A DNA stretch of 64,000 nt from an uncultured bacterium (GCA_963845185.1 CAWJRG010000009.1:32001-96000); one strand, 5' to 3'. Positions 51,615-63,279 are shown, counted from the first letter of the stretch. The notes: a model not told the origin generated them from the sequence alone. Numbers and translations are program-made.

Positions 51615-51714
51615 TAAGAGTCCGTTGATTTTATTGAGTGCCTACAGCGAAAATAAAAACTTACGGAATCTTATACCCGCTCTAGTCCAGACAGCAGGTC
51701 AGGACAAGTGGTAT
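51615..51714. repeat. Two-hairpin intergenic element, copy 3
   Basis: TAAGAGTCCGTTGATTTTATT...AATAAAAACTTACGGAATCTTATACCCGCTCTAGTCC...GGACAAGTGGTAT. Confidence 0.85.
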
Positions 51715-51738
51715 ATTATTTTATGAGCAAATTATAAG

Positions 51739-54392
51739 ATGAAACTTATAATCTGTCAACAGCTCGAAAGACGTTTGAAAAAAACAGCCACGCCGACTTT
51801 GACAAATACCCTGACGCCGACCGGCACATCGACATATACTTTTACAAGCACGCCGACATATACTATAACAAAAACCACGACGCCGACTTATTCCATTACG
51901 GTTACATACAGCAAAACAGCCACCTATACGCCTACACGGACGGCAACGCCTACAAACACCCCGACAGGGACTCCGACAAAGACATCGACGGTTTCACATA
52001 CATTCACGCCTACAAACACAAAAACATACACTCCGACGCGGACTCCGACAAATACGCCCACAAAAACAAATACCATGACAAGCACGAAGACGCCGACATA
52101 TACGGCTACAAGGACAATCAGCGCGACATATACAGCGACCCCGACAATCACAAAGACAATACCGCCCACGTCAACCGCAACATCCACTATTTCGCCCACG
52201 GCATCGGCTACAAGGACAATCAGCGCCACATACACAAAGACCCCGACGTTTACCCCTACATTCACAATAACTTTAACAAAGACACCGCCACCCACAAGCA
52301 CGCCCACATATACCATAACCGTGACATACACATTCAGTTTCACCGACACGGCGACTTACACCATCACGGACACTCCTACAATAACGCTTACATCCACGGT
52401 TACACCGACATTTACCGTAACTCCGACTTTGACAATGACAAAAACAACCACACCTACATATTCGATAACAATGACCTGGACATTTACTTATACGGCCACG
52501 CCGACAAATACAGAGACAAATACGCCGCTACCCACGCAAACGGCCACGCAGTCGGAGACTTATACGAATACGCCGACATGGACGCCTACAAATACACCGC
52601 CGCCAACAGGTACTCCGACATATACAATAACGGCAACATACACATATTCATTTACGTATACGGCGACAAACACGATAACATCTACGCGGACAATCACGCT
52701 GACAGATACGATAACTCAAACATTTACCATATCCCCAACCCCTTCCCCCAGTCTTACTATCACAGACACATATACAATAACGGCAACGTATACATTCTCA
52801 TATACTTATACAGGCACGCCTACAATTACGATAACTCCTACAATATCACCTACATCATCAATAACGCCCGACTACTCGCCTACGATAACGCTGACAATAA
52901 CTTTGACAAATACGAACAGCCCGACTCCGACAAAGACCAGTGTCCCGCCCGCGCCGACGGCGACAAGTACTGCGTGCGCTATGAGCTGGCAGGATGTGGG
53001 TGCCCAAGATTTTTCCTCGCCTTACACAGCAAATTTTTTATCTTTCGGCATAGATAGCACAACCGGAATACCATATGTGGCGTTTTATGATACTAATGAC
53101 ACTCAGGAAATATTAGTAATGAAATATGTTGCGGGTTCTGGATGGATACAGGTAGGTAATGCGGTAGCATCATTTCAACTAGGTTTTAATAATATGCTCT
53201 CAATATATGTCTATAACGGAACAGCATATGTCGCGTATGTAGATGTATCAGATAATAGTAAAATTACAGTAAAGGAAAATACAGGAGGAAGCAACTGGTC
53301 GGTGGTAGGAACAGCCGATTTTACAAACCAATCTTCAGGAGATATTTGTTTAAGTGGAAATGGCGCGACGCTTTATCTTGTATATCAAGATGGAACGAAT
53401 TCTTATAAAGCAACAGTTTGGGAATATACGGGGGGAAGTACTTGAACCCGTTGGGTACCGCTTCGACTGGGGGAACAACATATATATCTTTATCTGTATC
53501 CAATGGAACGCCGTATGTAGCATATTCAGATGGAACGAATTCAAATAAAGCAACAATAATGGAATATGCAGGAAGCAGCACTTGGACATCATTAGGCACC
53601 GCTTCAACGGGACAGGCAAATTCTGTATCTTTATATGTGTCGGGAGGAGTACCATATGTGGCTTATCAAGACACTTCAAACAATAGTGAAGCAACGGTGA
53701 TGGAATATGCAGGAAGCAATAATTGGACATCGTTAGGAACCGCTTCGACTGGAGGAGCATCGTTTATATCTTTATATGTCTATAATAACACTCCGTATAT
53801 TGTGTATTCAGATAGTAATAACAACAATGAAGCAACGGCGATGGAAAATACAGGAGGAAGCAACTGGTCGGTGGTAGGAAGCGCAGGATTCTCAGGCTCT
53901 TCAGCAGGCCCTACAGAATTTGATTCCTTATATGTCTATAACGGAATACCATATGCGGCGTATCAGGATAATAACGGATTTTCATCAGTAATGGAATATA
54001 GCTGTCCTGGCGGAGCAAGCCCGGGTGTCGTGAAAGCTGCAAGTCTTGTAAAAAATGTATCTACACCTACACCAGAAGCAATGAATATAAACAATACATA
54101 TAATTTCCCGAATCCATGCAGCAGCCAGACAACAATAAGATTCTCTTTGTCTACACCAACTAATGTTAATATCGGGATATACGATATAAATGGACATAAG
54201 ATATGGAGTAAGAGTTTAAGTGAAGCTTCGGTAAACAGCGGCGTAAATTATATTATTTGGAATTTGCGAAACGATCAAGGTATGGAAATATCAAATGGCG
54301 TATATCTTCTCGCTATTCAAGCGGAAGATAAGACTGTAAGAAAAAAAATCGCGGTTATACGGTTAGGAAGATGTAGCACAAAGGCGATGTAG
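51739..54392 (+). pseudogene. Thr-tract + 7-repeat propeller + FlgD-Ig/Por-CTD-like protein; no signal peptide, frameshift at ~53444 (may be a sequencing error)
   Basis: ORFs 51739..53445 and 53418..54392 join into one repeat series if one G is restored (ACT TG[G] AAC CCG); YNFPNP..SNGVYLL..KKIAVIR. Confidence 0.7.
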
Positions 54393-54526
54393 AGCTCGTA
54401 TTTGCGAGATAAGGAGCAAAGCCCATTATCTTCTACAACAAATAATTTACCAAATTTTAATGGAAAAAATATTATTTCATGTTAAATTAATAGATAGCAG
54501 TATATAATAATTAAAAGGATAATTTA

Positions 54527-56521
54527 ATGTGGAAAAAATATAAAGATACTATAATATTGCTATTATCTTTAATTGCCATATTTCAATTATATCTTTACAC
54601 CACATTTCCTGCTTTTAAAACTGACGATTCGCCTGAGACAATAACGTCAACATATACGCTCGGCATACAGCACCCGCCCGGATACCCGCTCGACACCCTT
54701 ACCGGAAAAATTTTCACCCTGATACCGTCCGGTAACCTGATGTACAGGAGTAATTTTACTGCGTTGTTTTTCCACATATTAAGCTCAATGTTGATTTTCT
54801 TCTTTGTGCTAAATTGTTTTGCATCAGAAAAAGAGCCGGAACCAAGGGACAAATATTTTGCAGTTTTATCATCGTTATTATATTTTTTATGTTTTACACC
54901 TTTTTCACAGGCTTTGTCAGCCAAAGGAAGTATTTATACCATCAACGCTTTTTTCACTGTCCTATTTTTTTTCGCCCTGTTTAAAATACCGGAATCAAAA
55001 AAATATGCTTATTTTTCGGCGTTTATTTATGGGCTGTCCATGGGCAACCACTGGCAAAGCATGGCTGTTATTTTTCCGGCTATGCTCTTTTACCTTATAA
55101 TGAAACGAAAATACGTGAAATTTAATATTATAATAAAGGGCCTGGTTTTCTTCTTACTCGGAGCATCGGTGTATTTATTTGTGTTTATCAGAAGCTGGAA
55201 TGCTCCGGTTTTCGCATGGGGAGACATAAGGACAATAAAGGATCTATTCTGGCTTATTGGCAGGGAGCAATACAGGTTTGCCGAATCTACACATTCCATA
55301 GCCGATACTTTACGGCTTTTATGGTTTTATCTGGGAAATATACTGGTAAATGAATATATTTTCTATGGTGCACTGCTTTTTATCCCGGGCGCGTATTTCC
55401 TGATAAAAAAACAAAAGTTTGAAGGCGCGGCAATAAGCATGGCGTATTTATGCATATTGGCAGGCATAGTTTTAATTTCAACGCCAAAGCCGACAATCGA
55501 ATGGGTCATAAAGCCGTATTTTACGTCGTCCTATATTTTTATTTCTGTCCTTGTGGCAGCATGCATTTTGGGCCTTATTGGACTTATGAAAAAAAGCACG
55601 GAAAAATCACAAAATAATATATCCTTGGCAGTCATTGCCGCGGTTGTCATATTATCCCTGTTTCACATGCCGGATTATTCAAGAAATTTTATAGGTTATG
55701 ATTACGCGGATAATATAATAAAGACATTACCGGAAGATTCGTTATTTATTGCCGAAGGGGATTTGAATATAAACGGCACTTTATATAAACAGCTTGTTGA
55801 GAAAAAGGAGCTATTGGTTATCAGCCCTCTTTTGCTTGAATACGACTGGTACAGACTGCAGACGGCAAAAAATTATTACGGCAAAATAATAATGACGCCT
55901 AAAGCAGGAAACGGAGTGGAGGATTTACATAATATAATAATGGCAAACAAGAGCAAAAGGATATATTACTCAAATTCATATACAGCAGAATGGCAGAGGC
56001 TTGGGTTTGCGCCTATGGGCATAATCAACAGGGTGTTGACAGGGCAGAAAGATAAAACCGCTGCAAACGGGAACTATTTCCAGATGTATTCCTACAGGGG
56101 CATCATAGGCGATAAAGTAAATTACGACGAGTCCACGGACCTTCTGGCTGTAAAGCATTATTCGTGGAGTTTTATTACCCTGGCGGAAATGCTGAAAAAC
56201 TCCGGGAGCTACGCTGCGGCTGTCAAACTTTACAAATACAGCCAGGTATTTGAACCAAAAGATACGACCCTGGCAAGGATAGGCCTGTGTTATTATAATA
56301 TGAAGGACATGCAGAACGCGGAAACATTCTGGAAAGAGGCAATTGAATTAAACCCTCAAGCCTCTTATGCTTATTCATCCCTCGCTGCCGTTTACTTAAA
56401 CAGGGGAGAAACAGCAAAAGCTATTGAATACGTTGATAACGCCTTAAAATATGACAGCAATAATATAAACGCAGTACAATTGAAGATAATTATTAATAAA
56501 AGACAATCTGTAACGCAATAG
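54527..56521 (+). CDS. DUF2723/TMEM260-like GT-C glycosyltransferase with C-terminal TPRs (copy 2)
   Basis: DDSPE..LGIQHPPGYPL, YGLSMGNH, EGD; TPRs (EAIELNPQASYAYSSLAAVY). Confidence 0.85.
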   Translation: MWKKYKDTIILLLSLIAIFQLYLYTTFPAFKTDDSPETITSTYTLGIQHPPGYPLDTLTGKIFTLIPSGNLMYRSNFTALFFHILSSMLIFFFVLNCFASEKEPEPRDKYFAVLSSLLYFLCFTPFSQALSAKGSIYTINAFFTVLFFFALFKIPESKKYAYFSAFIYGLSMGNHWQSMAVIFPAMLFYLIMKRKYVKFNIIIKGLVFFLLGASVYLFVFIRSWNAPVFAWGDIRTIKDLFWLIGREQYRFAESTHSIADTLRLLWFYLGNILVNEYIFYGALLFIPGAYFLIKKQKFEGAAISMAYLCILAGIVLISTPKPTIEWVIKPYFTSSYIFISVLVAACILGLIGLMKKSTEKSQNNISLAVIAAVVILSLFHMPDYSRNFIGYDYADNIIKTLPEDSLFIAEGDLNINGTLYKQLVEKKELLVISPLLLEYDWYRLQTAKNYYGKIIMTPKAGNGVEDLHNIIMANKSKRIYYSNSYTAEWQRLGFAPMGIINRVLTGQKDKTAANGNYFQMYSYRGIIGDKVNYDESTDLLAVKHYSWSFITLAEMLKNSGSYAAAVKLYKYSQVFEPKDTTLARIGLCYYNMKDMQNAETFWKEAIELNPQASYAYSSLAAVYLNRGETAKAIEYVDNALKYDSNNINAVQLKIIINKRQSVTQ

Positions 56522-56699
56522 GCGTAAGAATACCCCATTTAGGACGAGAGAACCTATGTAAATAAAGAATCTTTTTATTTATAATGTAAAACACTAATCA
56601 AGATGAACTTTAAATAAAAATATAAATCTCAAAGATTTTTAGAGTTTTATTTCTGCACTATACATATCGAGTATACTCACTATGACATCCATTTACCTA

Positions 56700-56728
56700 T
56701 TGACACGAAGGCTTTCTGGATATACAAT
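56700..56728 (+). promoter_or_regulatory. Near-consensus sigma70 promoter
   Basis: TTGACA-N17-TACAAT. Confidence 0.7.
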
Positions 56729-56899
56729 AATGGCCAATGAGTTATACTTTGTTCGAAATCAAGCGACAAAAACGTAAGGAGGTGGCTTTTGTCAAGGGAT
56801 CTGCAAAAAATAAAAAAAACTAAATGGAATAATTATATCTGAATTTGTATCTTATATTCATTAATTAAAATTTCAAAAAAACAGATGTGGGGTGAGCGT

Positions 56900-59800
56900 A
56901 TGAAAAAAATCATTGCGATTGTAAGTTTGCTTTTTGTATTTTGTTCATTCATGGCTGCGGCGCAGTATACTGTTAAAATCTCGGCGTCAGACATGACGTT
57001 CAAGAAAGTAGGACTTTATGACATAATACAGATGAAGGATGCCGTTTATAATAATTATAAAGAAGGGGAACCATTACTGCCTTTCAAGGTGGTGGAAGTG
57101 GCAATACCGATAGGCAAGAAAGTTTCAAGCGTGGAAGTGGTTTCAACCAGCAAGGAAGAATTAAGCGGCGAATATAACATACTGCCAGTGCAAAATTTTA
57201 AACTTGATGAAAAAGAATTCAATTTTACCGAGGGAAAACCGGAAATTTATAACTCGTCAAAAGCATATCCCGGGTATATTGTGGCAAATCCGCCAATATC
57301 AAAATATGAAGGGCCTTATAATATATGCTCCATATTAATCTCGCCCGTGAAATACATCCCAAAAAAGAAAAAGATAGTTCTTTACACAAGTATTTCGTTT
57401 AATTTAAACTTTGAATCAACGAAAAATCCGGCACCTGTAATCAATAAAATGACTACAACCGCGCTGAAAAGGAGAAAAGAGGAAATAAAACTCAGGATCA
57501 TGAATCCGGCCGACCTTGAAAAGTATAAGATAACACCAAAAAGCATAATTAAACCAGTAAAAACATGGAGAAAACATGACCAGACAGGGTTGGCGCAAAC
57601 GTTGGGTATTTTTTCTCCCAAACCTACAATTGATCCGAAAAAAGTCGATGTACCCATAAACGATTATACCGGTTCATATGATTTCGTTATAATAACAAAC
57701 CAGGCATTGGAACCCTCGTTTGAAGAATTTGCCAACTGGAAGATACAAAAAGGAATTACGACAGGTATTTTTACAGTAGACGATCCGGTAAACGGGATTT
57801 ATTACAAAGCAGATGACATAAATGGAAGTGGCCTTAAATTTCCAGGACAAAGCAATGGCGACAATCCGAGCCAAATCAGGGAATTTTTGCAATATATGTG
57901 TTTTAACTCCAACAGCAATAGCGTAGGCGAACTTGAATACGTTTTGTTGGGTGGCGACTTTAAAATAATTCCTCCACGATATACTGCCGTCGACTATTCA
58001 GGAGATGCCCCGTGGGACGCACCGTCAGACTTTTATTATGCCTGCCTGGAGCCGGCTCAATATACATCATCGACTGATACCGGAGACTGGATACTTGACA
58101 ACCCACTAAATTCGGTTTGGCCTACTATTAGGCAGTTAATCAAAACAGATAATGGCGGACCATGTCTTACGCCCACGCCAGATTTGACACCGGGGCATTC
58201 GGCAACATATCACTGCTGGACATGTGATCCGCAAGCGTACAATCAAATGTACTATTTACCCGACACAACAAAAGACAGCGTTGATGTCGTATCTCAGTAT
58301 TTTAGTTTTACAGTTTATGTGTCAAGAGCTCCTGTAACGAGCACTGATGATGTTAATGCATTTTGTACGAAAGCTATGAATTATGAACAAACATTCCCTA
58401 AAGGCCTGGTAAACAACGTACTTAACGATGGGGGACAGCCAATGGAGGAATATGGCGGATGGTCATGGTGGTATAATTATATATATCCATACATATCGCA
58501 GGATCCCAGTTCCAGGTTTGTATGGGAAAATAAATTATCAGAACCTGCGATAATGACAAATCCATATACAGGCGCTACCATATCGTTTATGGAATACTGG
58601 TTGGGTGTTTTTAATTACCCATTACCGCAGGGTCTTTTACCGCCAAATTCCGCATCTGAAGTATTAAATGATTATGAAAATGGTAATGGGGCACTCAACA
58701 ATAATCACGTTGGACAGCATTTATGGTTATCAGAGGGACATGGCGCGTGCGAGTTATGGGGGGCATATGACGCATGTTTTACCCGCGGTTCTATGAATGG
58801 TTTGTATGGAAAAAACACATATGGCATATTAATACTGACGGCCTGCGAAACAGGTGGTTGGGACGAATGCACTGTAAATAATCCACTTGTTGGTTTTATG
58901 AACAATAAAAACGGTGGTGGTATAGGTGCAATCGCTTTTGAAAGAACAAACTCAGGACAGCAGTCGCCAATTTTAAACCCGCAACTTGAAAGTATTTATA
59001 ACCAAAATTTAACATGGAATGGGAATCCCTATTTTGAATTATCAAAATGGTATTATGAAGCACAAAATCTGGTGCTTGCAGAATGGTGGCCTTCAACCAA
59101 TACAAATTTCCAATCTAGTTCAGGAAGCGGTTACAGGTATAATTTTTTAGGCTTTACCCTGATGGGAGACCCGACTTTACAGATATACACGACTGACCCT
59201 AATAATTTTGCCGTGGCTGTAAATAGCCCTGCAACAATAACTGCTGGACAGCAATTTACAGTGCAGATAACAGTGTCAGATGCGGGTACAGGTCTGCCTA
59301 TACAAAATGCAGACGTGTGCGTCATGAAAACGGATGAAATATACATAAATGAGATTAAAACACTCTCAAATGGTACTTATACAAGCGTACCCTTAACCGC
59401 TACAATGAATGGGCAGTTATGGATAACCGTATCGATGCATAATTACATTCCTAATGTGACAAGTATAAATGTGACAGGAGGTTTGACATCCACAAATACA
59501 CCCACGTATACTTATACTCCGACAATAACGTACACTCCCACAATCAGTCCAACGTATACAGATACCCCTACACCAACATCAACGGGATGTGCCATGGGCT
59601 GGCTAAATGTTGGAAGTCCGGGATTTTCTACGGGAACAGCAAATAATACATCATTATTTGTCTATAATAATACGCCATATGTGGCATATAAGGATGTAAC
59701 TGATTCGAGCAAGGCAACAGTAATGCAATATACAGGAACAACAGGATGGACGGTATTAGGAGCTGGAGATTTTTCAGCAGGCGAAGCGGATTATACATCA

Positions 59801-62800
59801 TTATTTGTCTATAACAATATTCCGTATGTGGCATACGATGATATAGTTAATTCAGGAGCGACAGTAATGTCATATACGGCAGGTGCAGGATGGTCAGCAG
59901 TAGGAAGCCTTGGATTTTCAGGAGCGCAGGTATCGTTTACATCATTATATGTCTATAACGATGGAACATCTAATGGAGTACCCTATGTGGCATATATGGA
60001 TACTGGACATACTTCTTATGCATCGGTAATGTCATATACGGCAGGTGCAGGATGGTCAGCAGTAGGAAACCTTGGATTTTCAGGAGGGACAGTAAATGAC
60101 ACTTCTTTATTTGTAGACAAGCAGAATAATTCACCTGTGCCATACGTTGCATATATGGATAATGGTCGCAGCGGGGACGCTACGGTGATGATGTATAATG
60201 GAGTAAGCTGGACAGCATATGGCAGTCCGGGATTTTCAACGGGGCAGGCATGGTTTACATCATTATATGTCTATAATGGAACGCCATACGTTGCATATAG
60301 CGATAATAGTTTAGGTAGTAAAGTGGTAGTTATGAAATATACAGGAAATGGAAGCACGGGATGGACGGCATTAGGAAATTCGTCGGGAATTTCTGCTGGT
60401 GGCGCATACAATATATCATTGTATATCTATAATGGGACACCATATGTAGCATATGGAGATGGAAGTATAGTAAATGGTGTGAATTACGCAACAGTCCAGA
60501 GTTATAATAGTGGTAGTAACTCTTGGTCCTGGTAGGAAACATTGGGTTTTCGGCAGGGGGAACAAATACTGAATCTTTATTTGTTTATAATGGAGCGCCA
60601 TATGTAGCATATGAAGATGGTGGGAACAACAACAAAGCCACTGTTATGAAATATGGTTGTCCTGTAGCAACAACGACAAATACGCCTTCGATTACATTAA
60701 CACAAACTCCAGATTTTACGCCGACAATAACGCAGACAAGTACAATTACACCAACTGCATGCAATGCTGTATGGCAAAATATTGGGAGTCCGGGGTTCTC
60801 GGGAACTGCAGTTAATACGTCGTTATTTGTGTCCAATGGAATGCCATATGTAGCATATGAAGATAACTCTAATTCCGGTAAAGGAACAGTGAAGTACTTT
60901 AACGGGAACTGGACGCAGGAGAGTACGACATTTTCAAATGGTACAGCACAATATCCTTCATTATATATGTCCGGTGGGACGCCTTATGTCGCATTCGTAG
61001 ATGACGCAAATTCAAGTAAGGCAATGGTAAAGAAATATAATGGAAGCTGGAGTTATTTGGGAGGTGCGGTTTCAGATGCTGGTGCACAATATACGGCATT
61101 GTGCATATCCAGTGGGATTCCATATGTAGCATATTCAGATAGTGGAAATTACGGAATGGTGACGGTGAAGTCTTACACATGGGCTGGGTCAGGTGGAAAC
61201 TGGACGCTAGTTGGAAACAGGGATTTTTCAATGGGAGCAGCTGATTATATTTCTTTGTGCGTATATAATGGAACACCCTATGTCGCATATGAAGACATGG
61301 GAGATTACTATAGAACCACGGTCATGAAATATAACGTAAACGGATTAACATGGGCTTATGTAGGACAGCCTGGATTCTCTAAAGCTTCAGTCGCCTTTAC
61401 TTCATTGGGAATAGATAACAACGGAACTCCTTATGTGGCATTCGTGGACAGCCAGGTTAGCGATAAGGCTTCGGTGATGAAATATGACGTAAACGGATTG
61501 ACCTGGGCTTATCTAGGAACCGAAGGAATCTCACCAGGCCCGGTAGCTTACACGTCCATGTTTATGTCGGGCAATACGCCGTATGTAGCATTCCAGGATG
61601 AAACAACAGGAAATTCAAATAAGGAAACAGTCATGAAATATGACGTAAACGGATTAACATGGGCGTATGTAGGAAGCCAGGATTTCTCTGCAGGAGGAAC
61701 ACAATATTCATCTTTGTTTGTGTATAACGGAGTACCATATGTGGCTTACCAAGATGCGTTTAATAATTATGGAGCTACAGTAATGAAATTCGACTGCCCA
61801 CAGCCAACGATGACGATAACGCCTGATTACTCAGCAACAATAACACTTACGTCTACGCCGACTCCTTCAACAACGCCTGATTTCACATTAACTATAACAC
61901 AGACATCAACGCCAACTTTTACATCTACAATTACATTGACATTGACAGATACAACAACATTAACGCCTGCTTACTCGCCTACAAATACGCCTACTCCGTG
62001 TTTCATGACTTGGCAGAATGTTGGTATTCCTGCATTTTCAAATGGAAGAGCAGATTATACATCTTTATTCGTATACGGCAGCGCACCATATGTCGCATAT
62101 GAGGACAGCAACGGCAAAGCAACAGTAATGACTTATAACGGAGTAACATGGACACCCGTAGGAAAAGCAGGATTCTCAGCAGATTCAGCACCGTATATTT
62201 CATTGTTTATAGATAACGGGACAGGTACACCATATGTTGCATATTATGATGGTAATTCCAGCGGCAGGGCAACGGTGATGGATTATGCCGGTGGTTCCGG
62301 TTACAACAATACGGGATGGTCATTCGTAGGAACAGCTGGATTCTCTGCCGGTGAAGCAAACTACACATCCTTATATGTCTATAGCAATACACCATATGTC
62401 GCTTATTCAGATTGGGCATATTCTGAAAGAGCTAGTGTGATGACATACAATGGAGTAAGCTGGACAGCATATGGCACTCAGGGATTTTCGGCAGGCCCGG
62501 CACTATATACATCATTATGCCTGGATAATACAGGAACTCCATATGTAGCATTTTCGGATTATGGAAACGGATATAACGGTAATGCCTCGGTCATGAAATT
62601 TGATACAAATGGTTTAACCTGGGCTTATGTAGGAAACGAAGGTTTCTCGGCTGGGGGAACTGCATTTACATCCTTATATATTTCTGGTGGAACGCCTTAC
62701 ATAGCATACCAGGATCTGGCAAATTCCAATAGAGCAACAGTCATGACATATACAGGAGTAAGCTGGACAGCAGTAGGGTCGGCAGGATTCTCAAATTCAA

Positions 62801-63279
62801 ATGGGGCAGTACAATATACATCATTAAGTATCAGTAATGGAACGCCATATTTGGCATATCAGGATGTTACAAATTCGAATGCAGCTACAGTGATGACGTA
62901 TAATGGAGTAAGCTGGACAGCATTAGGGAAAACAGATTTTTCACCCGGCGGTGCAAATTATACGTCATTGTTTGTGAATAATGGAATACCGTATGTAGCA
63001 TATCAGGATGTCCAGAATAATAATTATGCATCTTTGATGAAATTTGACTGCGGCTCGTCAAATACGCCAACGCTTACGATTACAATGACGCCGACAATAA
63101 CAATCACAGCAACGCCGGCACAGACGATAACCCCGCTGACAAATATGTCATTGTGGTCGAACAGGACAGTAGGCACCGGAAACCTTGGTTCTTATTATGA
63201 CAGGTATCTGCATACGGGAGCATGGATGAAATTTGGGAACAATTACCGAAGTGTGTTTTTGACAGGAGAGGTAATATGA
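56900..63279 (+). CDS. Secreted C25 (gingipain-type) cysteine peptidase with propeptide, Ig-like domain, Thr linkers and three 7-repeat propellers; frameshift at ~60528; 3' end possibly cut by IS
   Basis: Signal peptide; GEPLLP propeptide; YVLLGGD, EGHG, LTACETG, LMGDP; ORFs 56885..60535 and 60523..63279 continue one repeat series. Confidence 0.8.

Noticed and set aside
51293..51628. Plus-strand ORFs 51293..51628 and 51315..51500
   Set aside because: Antisense to an RBS-supported membrane gene and start inside the repeat element
40311..51714. Three-copy element as a CRISPR array or canonical integron attC
   Set aside because: Too long and irregularly spaced for CRISPR, no cas genes; lacks RYYYAAC/GTTRRRY cores and no integrase in the window
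53430..53435. G6 run as a phase-variation switch
   Set aside because: Short run; adding a G there gives GGKYLNP, a worse fit to the repeat than GGSTWNP from repair at 53444
53443..53445. TGA read as Trp (alternative genetic code)
   Set aside because: Readthrough would not restore the frame, and TGA ends several intact genes (e.g. 8754, 14433)
54674..54682. ATACCCGCTC-like match to the repeat element
   Set aside because: Falls in the PGYPL codons of the DUF2723 gene with no partner arm; coincidental
59588..63051. Diversity-generating retroelement template/variable repeats
   Set aside because: No reverse transcriptase in the window; the repeats are in-frame coding units with no evident adenine-specific pattern
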